Positions 19,467 to 30,243 are shown, counted from the stretch's first letter. The stretch is 64,000 nucleotides of DNA from Cyanobacteria bacterium P01_F01_bin.150 (GCA_039189765.1 JBCCYL010000006.1:64001-128000); one strand, 5' to 3'. The notes: a model not told the origin generated them from the sequence alone. Numbers and translations: made by a program.

Positions 19467-20474
19467 TCAAAGCGCTGGGACTTGAAGCTGCCGATAAATA
19501 TCACTTTCGACAAAGCTCTGTAGAAAATATTCACCAGAGATTTTTTTACGAGTATCACAATTTTTCAAATATTCATGGGTTGCCTTAACTCGTCCTAAAT
19601 CCATAATCTTCTGTGCCGCTTCCTCCAATGTTTCAAAATACAGAGGATAATCTATTCCCAAATATTCAACGACAGCAGGTCGTGGATTGATCAGCAATGG
19701 CGTTGCCCTAGCAATACATTCCACCACAGCAGTATTGGCACTAGCATCATATAAGCAGAGAAAACCTATATTCTCTGAAAGCAATACATCATAATCCTGA
19801 TTAGAAACATGATCAACGTCACGAGTATTGTCTAAAAATTCAGACCTCAAAACTAAATTCTCTGCCTTTCTCTCGGCCTCACAAAACCAGTTGATCCGCT
19901 TATTTTTATCATTAAAGAAATTTGGATTTAACTTCACCTTTTCGTACCCAATAGGGTTGCCCTTGGCGATCGGTAATTGATAAATCGCATTTAGTTTTCT
20001 TAGAAACCAGCCAAGTTGAACAATTTTCTTCTGGCCATTCGCAACAAAGCGATCAAAGTCAAATTGAACATCAGGAATCTCAGTCGGATAGATGAGTGAA
20101 GAAACAGGCTTATTAATCTGAGGCTGTAACCAATCTGCCAGATACTGCGATAGACAAAATATGCCTACGCAATTGTACAAGCTATCCTGAAATTCAGGTT
20201 GTTCTATGACTGGCTTGACTGTTTCAGGATAAAAAAACCACTGAGGAATAATAGGAGGATTATGTAAAAAACCAACCCATGGCTGGCGATAAGGTGGCTC
20301 GACCTGATCAGGCTTATATTCCTTCCACATAAAACTCATTTCAAGAAACCCATCAAACAGCAATCCCTCTGGATTGTGCAAGGGTTTTAATGCATCTAAC
20401 GCATATCCCCACCCCGAGCGATGGCTACTAAAAGTGTGCTGTGCTCCAAGATTAATTTTTTTTTCTAAGTTCAT
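19467..20474 (-). CDS. hypothetical protein, possible GT-B fold glycosyltransferase-like
   Basis: AT-rich. NTAVVECIARATPLLIN...VVEYLG resembles the GT4 ExxxxGxP donor-binding motif. N-terminal HRSGW and WVGFLHNP motifs. Confidence 0.55.
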   Translation of the reverse strand: MNLEKKINLGAQHTFSSHRSGWGYALDALKPLHNPEGLLFDGFLEMSFMWKEYKPDQVEPPYRQPWVGFLHNPPIIPQWFFYPETVKPVIEQPEFQDSLYNCVGIFCLSQYLADWLQPQINKPVSSLIYPTEIPDVQFDFDRFVANGQKKIVQLGWFLRKLNAIYQLPIAKGNPIGYEKVKLNPNFFNDKNKRINWFCEAERKAENLVLRSEFLDNTRDVDHVSNQDYDVLLSENIGFLCLYDASANTAVVECIARATPLLINPRPAVVEYLGIDYPLYFETLEEAAQKIMDLGRVKATHEYLKNCDTRKKISGEYFLQSFVESDIYRQLQVPAL

Positions 20475-20500
20475 AAATATAATTGATACTTTTTTAGAAA

Positions 20501-20576
20501 CTATGGCTTGTATTTTAAGGAGGGAAACCGGGGTGCTCCGCGCCCCAGTTTCCCGTCAAATTATTTCAGGATTAAA
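20501..20576. repeat. dispersed palindromic element, copy A
   Basis: CTATGGCTTGTATTTTAAGG + GGGAAACCGGGGTGC-TCC-GCGCCCCAGTTTCCC hairpin. Related copies at 30244 and 39183. Confidence 0.75.
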
Positions 20577-20736
20577 TTTTAATCTGAAACTATTCAATAA
20601 AAACAAGCTAATTCAATTGTTAGATATAAGGACAATATTTTTCTAGTACCATTTTCAAAGTAATCTAAGCAAAATGTTGTTCTATAGCCTATGCTTAAAA
20701 TTATCTAAACAGTCACTAAAATCCCATATCATTTAG

Positions 20737-21582
20737 CTACATTAATGCCCAATCAAATTGCGCATCATTAAACTGTACTGCCATTTTCTCCACCAAAAAT
20801 TTTCTATCCTGAGTATCAGGCAAGAAAAAAAAGTTGTTGACATAACGCATTTCCTTACGTGATACAGGACGATCTATTTCCTGGGGATTTTGAAGATCAT
20901 CACTAAATGAACTCAATGGAAGTATGGCACCGTCCCACGCATAAAAACCTTGATATCCAAAGTCACTGAAAAAGTCTTGTATCGTTTGCAACGCATTAGC
21001 ACGATGCCGCTCTTCCGCTTCCACGAGAAACACTGGTTTCTGCTCGCTAATCAATTTTTTCCCTCCAGCCAAAACCTCCATTTCATGGCCTTCAACATCA
21101 ATTTTCACAAAACTGATCGGCTTGTCGAACAGAACATCCAGTGTGGATGTCTCTACGGAATAGTTATCAATCTTTGGATATGAGGCAATTACAGAGCGAT
21201 CAAGGGTTCCAAGAGTATTGACATGAAGATCATCCTCAATCGGAAAAAAGTACTCCGCCACTCCAGCTGATTGTGACAGCGCGTATGGATAAATTGACGC
21301 ATTAGGCAGACATAAGTCTCTCAAATTGGCCAAGCACCCTGGGCTGGGTTCAAATGCATGAACATAACGCGAAAACATAGACATTAAGGCCGTATACCGT
21401 CCGCGATTAGCCCCAACATCAATACATTCTGTGTCTTTGTTTAAGAAAATAGGCACAATAGCCTGTTCAGGTTCTGCCCATTTATCTTTGTAGAAGTATT
21501 TTTTAGCAAGATGTCGAGGAAACAGGGACCATCCTAGCGTTTTGACTATCTTATTCATCGTCTTTGTCCTGCTGATCAGCAT
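20737..21582 (-). CDS. FkbM family methyltransferase
   Basis: IDVGANRG, VHAFEP, FVKIDVEGHE. Confidence 0.9.
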   Translation of the reverse strand: MLISRTKTMNKIVKTLGWSLFPRHLAKKYFYKDKWAEPEQAIVPIFLNKDTECIDVGANRGRYTALMSMFSRYVHAFEPSPGCLANLRDLCLPNASIYPYALSQSAGVAEYFFPIEDDLHVNTLGTLDRSVIASYPKIDNYSVETSTLDVLFDKPISFVKIDVEGHEMEVLAGGKKLISEQKPVFLVEAEERHRANALQTIQDFFSDFGYQGFYAWDGAILPLSSFSDDLQNPQEIDRPVSRKEMRYVNNFFFLPDTQDRKFLVEKMAVQFNDAQFDWALM

Positions 21583-21618
21583 ATGTCTGAAGACAGTGCC
21601 ACGGTCTAATGAGTGGGC

Positions 21619-22377
21619 TTACTTATCGGCCTTGTACTGAGTTGCATTGCGACCAATGTGAGCGATCGCTTCTCCACCGTCAACCATTAAGACTTGCCCC
21701 GTCATAAAATCATTGTCCACGAGATGAACAACCGCACTTGTAATATTTTTAGTTGTTCCTTGCTTTTGCAGCGGAATACCTTGAATTCGCCAATTAATAT
21801 AATCATCTGAGCGAGTATCTGCGGGTAGAACCACTCCCGGAGCAACACCATTGACCCGAATATTGGGAGCGAACTCTAGTGCTGCTATTTTCACAAACTC
21901 CGCTAACGCTTTTTTCGACAGTAAGTAAGCGGCATATGCGTATTGGTTGTAGGCGATTTTATTATCACAAATATTGATAATATGACCCGACTGGCAGTGC
22001 TTAGCAAACCCTTTAGAAAGGAAAAATGGAGCACGAAGGTTGATAGAAAATTGCTGGTCAAACATATCAACAGACGTTGATTCAATTTCCCCTGACGTGT
22101 AAGCTGATGCGCTATTAACCAACACTGACAAATGGGGCATCTTTTCTTTAACCTGCCCAACAAAGGTCTCTAAAGATGATGCATCAGCAAGGTCCTGCGG
22201 AAAGAGTTCGCAGGCGACACCAATGGCCCGAATTTCTGCCTGGGTTTCAGCCGCTTTATCGCTAGACGAGTAGTAGTGCAGCGCAATATCAAAACCTGAT
22301 TGGGCAAGTGCAATGGCGATCGCTTTCCCCAATCGAATGGCACTGCCAGTGACTAGTGCAGCTTTTTGGTGTTTCAC
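21619..22377 (-). CDS. pteridine reductase / FolM-like SDR
   Basis: TGSAIRLGKAIA, LHYYSS, LVNSAS, IINICD, YLLSK, RVNGVAPG. Confidence 0.85.
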   Translation of the reverse strand: MKHQKAALVTGSAIRLGKAIAIALAQSGFDIALHYYSSSDKAAETQAEIRAIGVACELFPQDLADASSLETFVGQVKEKMPHLSVLVNSASAYTSGEIESTSVDMFDQQFSINLRAPFFLSKGFAKHCQSGHIINICDNKIAYNQYAYAAYLLSKKALAEFVKIAALEFAPNIRVNGVAPGVVLPADTRSDDYINWRIQGIPLQKQGTTKNITSAVVHLVDNDFMTGQVLMVDGGEAIAHIGRNATQYKADK

Positions 22378-22528
22378 CGTTAATGTCCCTATGAACTAAC
22401 AAATCATGTACAACGAACAACGTGGAGTGCGTCTCCATCAATTAAATTCGGGGTACTGGCCCCCAAGCGCCCGTCATAGACTAGCATGGTACAGATACCA
22501 CTAGCTATTTTTAAGCAAGAGAAAAAAA

Positions 22529-23032
22529 TCATGTGGGCAAAGAGGCTGGCTGATAGCCATAACGAGCAGAAGTAATCTGTAAGGGCACCGTGACACTATC
22601 TAAGCTGGAAAAATAGTGGGGCAAGCTCGCTAACAGTTCAAATAAGATTAATCGACAGTAATCAGGTGCTTCAGCCACTCCCTTAAGCCAGTCATCATCA
22701 GTATTAATTTCAATCAAAATATCTAGGTCAATCGTTCTATCTTTAACTTTTCTCAGTGGATCAGAGCGATCGCGTCCTAAGTCAGCTTCGATGCCATTAA
22801 AAATCCCCTTCAGCATGATTGGATCTAGTTCACATTCTAGGTACGCAATCATATTCAAAAACTTATGATCGCTGACTATACCAACAGGCTCAGTCTGTAT
22901 AGCACGACTCAACACACATTGAGATACGTGTGGGCGTAATTTTTCAAGTGCAAGAGGCACATTTTTATTGGCATCAATATTACTGCCAATACCAACTAAA
23001 TATTTTCGTTGCCTGGTAGATCCGTTACTCAA
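22529..23032 (-). CDS. folK: 2-amino-4-hydroxy-6-hydroxymethyldihydropteridine diphosphokinase (divergent)
   Basis: GIGSNI, TEPVG, FLN, IE..LGR, RTIDLDIL. Confidence 0.85.
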   Translation of the reverse strand: MSNGSTRQRKYLVGIGSNIDANKNVPLALEKLRPHVSQCVLSRAIQTEPVGIVSDHKFLNMIAYLECELDPIMLKGIFNGIEADLGRDRSDPLRKVKDRTIDLDILIEINTDDDWLKGVAEAPDYCRLILFELLASLPHYFSSLDSVTVPLQITSARYGYQPASLPT

Positions 23033-23441
23033 AATTTTTATCCAGGAGCTTGTTTAACCTAATATCCCAAAACGATGACTCATTAGCCATTTAGATCAAG
23101 ATAGACATGAAAACCATTATGCAAGTCCTACTGAGACTATATTCCAGAGACTGTAAACCTCTAGAGCCTTAAGCCTTGCACAGGAAGGCCTACAAGTTTC
23201 TCAATTCATATCTTCACTAAATCCAAGATGGAGCCAACGAGTTAATACTAACAAGATAATTGGCATTGTGAGAGAGTCTTGCCTCAAAGCAACGTGGGGT
23301 AGGGACTCATCAAATTATTGTCAAAACTCACAGTCGTAGACATACAGTAAGATTGAAAATTAGAGCAAAGAGCTGAATTTGCTATGCATCTGCCAATTTC
23401 TCAATAGTAGTACTAATTGCAGTACACAAACATTAGCCTCA

Positions 23442-23552
23442 GAAGGTGTCTGAAAAGCCAAAGCTAAGAGTTAAAGCTTGGATTCTTTCGTTGAACCCCA
23501 ATGACCAAAACAACGCTTTTTCATGATGTGATGACCCTTTTCAGACACCCTC
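23442..23552. mobile_element. MITE-like element, 111 bp, 16-bp TIR (15/16 match)
   Basis: GAAGGTGTCTGAAAAG ... CTTTTCAGACACCCTC with a non-coding interior. No clear TSD. Confidence 0.65.
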
Positions 23553-23690
23553 CAAATTTAATTATAGTCAGGCCGATTTAATTTTAAGCAATAGAACTCA
23601 GTAAAACCAACACCAAATAGCGTACTATTTATTACATACACCGACCATTGAGTATCTAATAAAGACTCGATTTTCAACTTTACAAGATTT

Positions 23691-26183
23691 ATGGAGAAGA
23701 CTCTTCAAGATTATCAAACCCGCATAGCTGAGCTTGAGGCAGCTAACCGAAAATTGCAGATGCAGCTAGATCAAAACAAGCTAGATTCCAACAACATTAG
23801 TGCTCATAAGTCCATCGAAAAGGCACCACAATCCCGGCTATCCATTCTTGAAGAGACGCCTAATGGTCACGACTCCCAGTATCGCCAAATATTTGAAACC
23901 GTCACTGATGGCTTGAGTATCATCAATCTGGAAACACAGACCACGGTTGCAATGAATCCTGCCTACCATAAAATACATGGATACTCTTACGATGAGTTTA
24001 TCACTTTATCACCAAATAAATATATTCACCCCGATTTCTGCCAACTGTTTCATCAGCTTATAGGAGCAGTGCAATCGGGTCATCGCTTTACCGGCCAGGC
24101 AACGGATATTCATAAGAACGGTAGTTCGATTGAATTAGACGTTAAAGGAATTCCGTTTACGTATCAAGGCAAACCCTACGCCCTTTGCATTCTTCGGGAT
24201 ATCACTCAGAGAGTGCGTTTAGAAGCTGAACGCGATCGCCAAGAGCAGGCATTACGGGCCATCGTAGAAGGAACGGCGACCCAAACTGGAGAAACGTTTT
24301 TTCGAGCCTGCGTCAAGCATCTTGCAGCAGCGTTAGGAGTGCGTTATGCCATCATTTCTAAGGTTATTCAAATTGACGGTCAACCCTCTGCCCAAACCTT
24401 GGCATTTTGGAATGATTCAGATTTTGGAGATAACTTTGTTTATGGCTTAAATAACACACCTTGTCTAGAGACCTTGCAGACCCACGCTATCTGCCGCTAT
24501 CCATCTGCTGTCCAATCTCAATTTCCTAATGTTCCCCCTTTGATGGCTCTCAACGCAGAAAGCTATGTGGGGATGCCAATCTTAAATTCCGGCGGAGATT
24601 TTCTAGGTTTTTTTGCGGTGGTAGATGTGGAGCCGATGGCACAACATTCAGACCTGCAAACATTTATTTTGGAAATCTTTGCAGCTCGAGCAGGGGCTGA
24701 AATTGAACGCATTCATGTTGAACAAGCGTTAATTGCCTCCAACAAACAAATCAAACAACAGGCTCAACAGGATCGCCTATTGAATCAAATTGCCCACCAA
24801 ATCCGCATATCCCTTGATCTAGAGTGCATTTTAAACACCACAGTCCGGGAAATTAGTCGTTTCTTGGGCATCGATCGCTGTCATTTTGCCTGGTATGTTC
24901 AAACGTCTACCTCCAGATATTGGGACGTAATTGCTGAGGTACAAGCCCCAGGGTTACCTAGCTTTCTTGGCCAACATCCGACAGATCGTTTCGGCGAACT
25001 AACAGATGCCCTTTTGCAACAACAAACTGTGCAGATCGATGATATTGCTTCTGTGCATGCAATTCAGACTAGAGACTTCCTAGCGTCCTTGGGCTATAAA
25101 TCGGTGCTAATGCTACCAATCCGGGCTAAGTCAGATCAACTGGGAATTATTGCTTGTATTCAAGCTCAATCGCTTCGCCGTTGGCAACCTGATGAGGTGG
25201 AATTTCTGCAAGCCGTTGTGGCCCAATTGGCGATCGCCCTGAATCAAGCCGAACTCCTAGTCCAAAGCGAAGCACGGGCGACAGAACTGGAACGTCTTTT
25301 AATCCAACTCCAGCAGACCCAATCTCACCTTGTCCAAAGTGAAAAGATGTCCAGCCTCGGGCAAATGGTCGCAGGAGTTGCCCATGAGATTAATAATCCA
25401 ATGAGTTTTATTTACGGAAACCTGAATTATGCACAACACTGTACTCAGCGTCTCATGAATCTCATTGATCTCTACAAACAGCATTATCCTCAAACACCGC
25501 CAGAGATTCAAAAAGTTATCCATGAGATAGAATTGGATTTCCTGAGGTCTGACCTTCCAAAAATGTTTAAATCAATGGAAGTAGGAGCTGATCGAATTTG
25601 CGAAATAATTAAATCTCTTAGAACATTTTCCCGTCTAGATGAAGCTGAAGTTAAGGACGTTGATATTCATGATGGTATTGATAGCAGCCTAACCATCTTG
25701 GAGACACGATTACGAGCGCAGAATTGGCGACCAAGCATTCAGGTCATTAAACACTATGGAACCCTTCCCCATATAGAGTGCTACCCCGGTCCACTAAACC
25801 AAGTGTTTATGAATATCCTTTGCAACGCAATCGATGCTCTTGAAGAAAAGGACCATGAACGTTCCTGGTTACAAATGGAGTCATTGCCAAGCACGATTTG
25901 GATTCAAACCGAGTTAGTCGAACCTTACTCCGACCAATTTTCCCACCCGACTGTTTCTATCACGATTCGCGACAATGGTTCTGGCATGAGTTCAGACACC
26001 AAAAATAAGCTATTCAATCCTTTTTTTACCACTAAACCTGTCGGTCGAGGAACAGGACTAGGGCTTTCCATTAGCTACCAAATCATTACGGAAACACACG
26101 GTGGCACCATCGAATGTCAATCAAAATTAGGCTCAGGTTCGATTTTTACCATTCACCTCCCCCTCAATCCTCAAGCATATTAA
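23691..26183 (+). CDS. PAS-GAF-GAF sensor histidine kinase
   Basis: PAS (YRQIFETVTDG...RDIT), two GAF domains, H-box GVAHEINNP, NQVFMN, DNGSG, FFTTKPVGRGTGLGL. Confidence 0.93.
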   Translation: MEKTLQDYQTRIAELEAANRKLQMQLDQNKLDSNNISAHKSIEKAPQSRLSILEETPNGHDSQYRQIFETVTDGLSIINLETQTTVAMNPAYHKIHGYSYDEFITLSPNKYIHPDFCQLFHQLIGAVQSGHRFTGQATDIHKNGSSIELDVKGIPFTYQGKPYALCILRDITQRVRLEAERDRQEQALRAIVEGTATQTGETFFRACVKHLAAALGVRYAIISKVIQIDGQPSAQTLAFWNDSDFGDNFVYGLNNTPCLETLQTHAICRYPSAVQSQFPNVPPLMALNAESYVGMPILNSGGDFLGFFAVVDVEPMAQHSDLQTFILEIFAARAGAEIERIHVEQALIASNKQIKQQAQQDRLLNQIAHQIRISLDLECILNTTVREISRFLGIDRCHFAWYVQTSTSRYWDVIAEVQAPGLPSFLGQHPTDRFGELTDALLQQQTVQIDDIASVHAIQTRDFLASLGYKSVLMLPIRAKSDQLGIIACIQAQSLRRWQPDEVEFLQAVVAQLAIALNQAELLVQSEARATELERLLIQLQQTQSHLVQSEKMSSLGQMVAGVAHEINNPMSFIYGNLNYAQHCTQRLMNLIDLYKQHYPQTPPEIQKVIHEIELDFLRSDLPKMFKSMEVGADRICEIIKSLRTFSRLDEAEVKDVDIHDGIDSSLTILETRLRAQNWRPSIQVIKHYGTLPHIECYPGPLNQVFMNILCNAIDALEEKDHERSWLQMESLPSTIWIQTELVEPYSDQFSHPTVSITIRDNGSGMSSDTKNKLFNPFFTTKPVGRGTGLGLSISYQIITETHGGTIECQSKLGSGSIFTIHLPLNPQAY

Positions 26184-26385
26184 ATCAGCCCTATAGAGTC
26201 TCCAACGTGGCAATCATCACAGCGACACCACTCAAGAAACACAGTAGGTTTTTGGCGAAATTTATCATGCTCCATGTTCAAAAGTCTTGTATGGTGAGAC
26301 AGAATGGTGATGCCATGCTCCTATCTCTAATCATTAATCCAACATACTGAATCGCCCCCTAAATATTCATTAGCCCACTATATTT

Positions 26386-27798
26386 ATGACCCACCCAATC
26401 GGTTCTAATCAGTTAGATCCAAATTTGCAAACTGCGCCGCCAAACACCAATCCTTTCCCGGATCTGGATACTTTAGAAAGCAAGCTTAAGAATCATCCCC
26501 AAGATGTGGTTGATAATTACTCTGAGTCATTTGATGAATTTCATGATTCCCCTAACACTCCTAAAAAATCTGACACATCCAATGGCCAAGTTTTACTGCT
26601 GCTGTTTCTAAGCGTTTTCGTCGATTTAATCGGCTTTGGAGTTATTGCCCCCCTGATGCCGTTTATTGCAGAAACATTTGGGGCCAGTCCATTACAAGTC
26701 ACCCAGCTATTTGCACTCTATTCCCTGATGCAGCTTATTTTTACTCCCTTCTGGGGATATTTAAGCGATCGCATCGGCCGTCGCCCAATTCTGCTGATGT
26801 GCTATCTGGGTAGTTGCATATCCTATGTTCTATTTGCCTTTTCTCCCAATCTGACCCTCATTTTTATGACTCGAGCATTAGCGGGCATCACAGGGTCCAG
26901 CATCACGGTGACCAAAGCCTACATTGCCGATATAACCACCCCAGAAAACCGGGCCAAAGGCATGGGAATTATTGGTGCAGCCTTCGGTTGTGGATTTATG
27001 GTGGGTCCAGCCCTGGGTGGACTACTAGCAGGGTCTAGAGAAAATCCCAACTTCCAGTTGCCATTATTAGTGGCAGCTGGATTGGCCCTTGCGGCTTTTA
27101 CCTTTGCTCTAGTGGCTTTGCCTGAATCCCTTCCCAAGCAACTGCTACAAAAAAAACGCGAGCAACGCCAATCGAACTCGAAACCATCCAAACGCTTTAA
27201 TTTAAGGACAGTATTACGCGTCTTAAAACCAATTCAAATTCGTCGACTGGTCAGCATTTCTTTTCTCTTTTCCCTTGCCTCCGTCGGAGTACAAGCGATT
27301 TTAGTGTTGTGGTGTGAACGACAGTTTGATTGGGGACCCCGTCCCCTTGGCATTCTATTTATGTTTTACGGCATTATTGCAACAGTCATTCAGGGTGGAT
27401 TGATTGGTGTTCTGACCAGTCGATTTAAAGAACAAACTCTTTTACTGATAGGAATTATTTTTCAAGGATTTGGACTCTTGGTGGCTCCCCTATCGACCAC
27501 CGTTGCCCTGCTCGTTTTAGGCACCAGTATCTGGGTTGTCGGTGAATCTGTCTGTCGGCCTGCGCTCAACAGTTTAACTTCGCGCATAGCATCTGACGAT
27601 GAACAGGGCATAACCCTGGGAGTAGCGCAATCCTTCATGTCAGGAGCCAATATTTTCGGGCCGATCCTTGCGGGATGGTTATTTATGAAGTTTGGAGGGC
27701 AATGGTCTTTCTGGGCTGGAACAATCATGATGATTGTTGCAACGATATTAGGATTGCAATTCAAACGGGCTGGATTACAAGCCGTAGCGAGACAGTAG
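26386..27798 (+). CDS. MFS transporter (TetA/DHA1-like)
   Basis: DLIGFG, GYLSDRIGRRP, AYIADIT...RAKGMG, GPALGG. Confidence 0.9.
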   Translation: MTHPIGSNQLDPNLQTAPPNTNPFPDLDTLESKLKNHPQDVVDNYSESFDEFHDSPNTPKKSDTSNGQVLLLLFLSVFVDLIGFGVIAPLMPFIAETFGASPLQVTQLFALYSLMQLIFTPFWGYLSDRIGRRPILLMCYLGSCISYVLFAFSPNLTLIFMTRALAGITGSSITVTKAYIADITTPENRAKGMGIIGAAFGCGFMVGPALGGLLAGSRENPNFQLPLLVAAGLALAAFTFALVALPESLPKQLLQKKREQRQSNSKPSKRFNLRTVLRVLKPIQIRRLVSISFLFSLASVGVQAILVLWCERQFDWGPRPLGILFMFYGIIATVIQGGLIGVLTSRFKEQTLLLIGIIFQGFGLLVAPLSTTVALLVLGTSIWVVGESVCRPALNSLTSRIASDDEQGITLGVAQSFMSGANIFGPILAGWLFMKFGGQWSFWAGTIMMIVATILGLQFKRAGLQAVARQ

Positions 27799-28005
27799 AC
27801 TGCCAAAAAGACCGAATCACAGTTTATTGACTAATTGCTAGTTATACGTAAATATATTTATTTTACAAAAAATACGTCTTATTTATTACATTTATGTTGA
27901 CCTGAACTCGATCCTGGGAAGACTAAATTTAGATGCAGATAAATCATTCAAACATGTCTGCTCAACTGACCTACATTGCAAATAGCACCGTGGAGAACAA
28001 CAGAT

Positions 28006-28548
28006 ATGAGCATAGCAAGAATTGTTGAACAAGCGTTACAGGATGGTTATCTAACTCCTGCTATGGAAGCAGAAGTGGGCCGTATTTGTGACACAGCCTC
28101 AGAGTTATCCATTGAAGAATATATGGCCCTTGATCGGCTAATGGGGGCCTTACTCACGGGAGAGGTAGTGGCTGTTCCTCGGAAGCAGTTCATCAATGTC
28201 ATGGAAGAATTAGCGCTGACGGAAGCAATTTCCCGAGTTGCTGAAATTGAGGCAACAACTGATCAGACGCTAGACTTAGGAGATATTGCAGCCTATGCTC
28301 TCAATCGATTACCGCCCCTTTATGCCACAACAGAAGAAGGCGCAGATTATCAGCGCAGCCGTGCTAAAGAAGATCTCCAGGGATTAATTGCAGAAAAAGT
28401 GGATGAAGCGATCGCCCGAAACTTAAAGAATCCAGCTTTTTTCCCCGAACGACAAGCCATCCAAAAAGGCAATCACGACGAAGTATTAGGCCAAGTCAGC
28501 TCAATCTTACAAACCTATGCACACAAATTTGAGGCAGCCGCACCTTAA
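28006..28548 (+). CDS. ComFB family protein (CdgR-like cyclic-dinucleotide receptor candidate)
   Basis: MSIARIVEQALQDGYLTPAMEAEV...INVMEEL...DIAAYALNRLPPLYATT. ATG at 28006. Confidence 0.8.
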   Translation: MSIARIVEQALQDGYLTPAMEAEVGRICDTASELSIEEYMALDRLMGALLTGEVVAVPRKQFINVMEELALTEAISRVAEIEATTDQTLDLGDIAAYALNRLPPLYATTEEGADYQRSRAKEDLQGLIAEKVDEAIARNLKNPAFFPERQAIQKGNHDEVLGQVSSILQTYAHKFEAAAP

Positions 28549-28593
28549 AATAAAAAGCTAAATTTTTCTACGTAATCACTAATCATTAGACCC

Positions 28594-29538
28594 TTATGGT
28601 TGCACAATAACGAGGGTGCCCAACGCCACTTGAGCATACAGTTCTTGAATATCAGTATCATGTAAACGAATGCAGCCATGGGAAATGGCTTGACCAATGG
28701 ATTGGGACTTATTTGTCCCATGAAATCCAATTTGGTGAATGCCATCGGACCAAAAGCCAATCCAACGACTCCCCAACGGACTATCCTTTCCTGAAGGAAC
28801 CAATTCTCCTGTTAAGGGATGTCTCCATAGAGGACTGGGATCTTTATCCGTAACAGTAAATTCTCCTAGCGGAGTTTCCCATCCCATTTTGCCAATGGCA
28901 ATCGGATAAGTTTTTATTTCTTTCTCCTGTTGATAAAACGTGAGTTGACGCTCACTCAAATCTACGACTAGTCGCGCCGTCGAGTATTCCTGTTGGTTTT
29001 TGCTAGGTTCGGTCAGTCTGTGTTCCGTTTGTTGATGATTTTTACTCGCTGTCTCTCCAGAACCCAAAGGAGGCTGTATGGAATAATCTTCTGAAAAATT
29101 AACCTCATTTTCTGGTGCAGATAGCAAGGCTACAGCTTGCGTCTGCACTTTTTTAATGCTGGACTGAGCATTTAGCGGTCTGAACTCTAAACTTTCAAGC
29201 ACAGAAGGTCTGGCAGACTTTGCTAATCGATCAGCGATCGCCTGGACAGGGGAGACAGGAATTTGAAGCGACCATGATAACACCTGAGAAGCCAGTGGAC
29301 GAGCGGTGGATGCATGGCCATTCGGCAGACGCCCCATCTCTGAATTGGATAATTGCTGAACGCTAGAGAGCTGAAGAGCAGTATTTTCTTGTGTATTGAC
29401 TTTTGTATTAACTTTTGCGTTCGTTCGAGAATCGTGTCTAGACGAAACATAACCCGATAGTTGAACCGACAGAAGTAGCCCAGCGGCAACAAAACTCATC
29501 GCCATCAATGATTGGGAAATAGAGTTGTTATATTGCAT
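28594..29538 (-). CDS. L,D-transpeptidase (YkuD domain)
   Basis: YPIAIG...TPLG, PLGSRWIGF, GFHGT, SHGCIRL. Confidence 0.92.
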   Translation of the reverse strand: MQYNNSISQSLMAMSFVAAGLLLSVQLSGYVSSRHDSRTNAKVNTKVNTQENTALQLSSVQQLSNSEMGRLPNGHASTARPLASQVLSWSLQIPVSPVQAIADRLAKSARPSVLESLEFRPLNAQSSIKKVQTQAVALLSAPENEVNFSEDYSIQPPLGSGETASKNHQQTEHRLTEPSKNQQEYSTARLVVDLSERQLTFYQQEKEIKTYPIAIGKMGWETPLGEFTVTDKDPSPLWRHPLTGELVPSGKDSPLGSRWIGFWSDGIHQIGFHGTNKSQSIGQAISHGCIRLHDTDIQELYAQVALGTLVIVQP

Positions 29539-29586
29539 AGCCCTCTACATAATTTTTCTCCACACTAAAGGAGTCTCCTACCTATT

Positions 29587-30186
29587 TTACGATGCCCCTG
29601 AAACTTTGGTTAAGACAAAAACACTACCTTGATTCCCACGACCAATCCTTAAGCTATCGTCCAAATAGGTCACCTCTAACCAGCCCTTCCGCTCGCGACG
29701 AGCAAGGGCAATATCGATCGCCAAAAACCGCTGAATCGTTTCCAATTGCTGCATAAATTGCTGGGGATTTTGATATCCCACCAAGCGTTGCAAGCCGAAC
29801 ACCGCACGTTGAAATTGCACTTGCACTCGCTGCTCTGAGGAAGGTTCAAACGTGGCGGCCACACTGACCAAGCCTCCCAATCCAGGAAGCCCATTAATTT
29901 CAGCAATGTTATAAATCTTGGCCTGATCTGCATCGATACATTGATAGACTTGGCCTAACACATAGAGAGGAACACGGTTGATACCCAGCAGCTCATCACT
30001 CGTGGTGTACAACAATCGCCACACACCCGATAGCGTACTTTTAGCTTCTAAGGGTTGAGAAATAGGGGCTTGGGCTTCTAGCTGGGCGATCGCCTCAAAT
30101 ATCGCTTTATTTTCAGTCTCATTGGCTAACAGCCCTCGGTTCCGTCCAGCGATCGCCTCCAGCAATGTCGCTTTTGCTGTCGTCAT
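29587..30186 (-). CDS. PAP/fibrillin family protein
   Basis: AGRNRGL, LSGVWRLLYTTS, GWLEVTYLDDSLRIGRGNQGSVFVL. Confidence 0.92.
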   Translation of the reverse strand: MTTAKATLLEAIAGRNRGLLANETENKAIFEAIAQLEAQAPISQPLEAKSTLSGVWRLLYTTSDELLGINRVPLYVLGQVYQCIDADQAKIYNIAEINGLPGLGGLVSVAATFEPSSEQRVQVQFQRAVFGLQRLVGYQNPQQFMQQLETIQRFLAIDIALARRERKGWLEVTYLDDSLRIGRGNQGSVFVLTKVSGAS

Positions 30187-30243
30187 GGCCGGTTCCTCCT
30201 GTTTATTGACATCTAGCCCAGACCTCGGATTGTCTTTGTCATG

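Noticed and set aside
24770..25260. Second GAF of the kinase as a cyanobacteriochrome
   Set aside because: It lacks the Asp motif and the Cys-His bilin attachment site.
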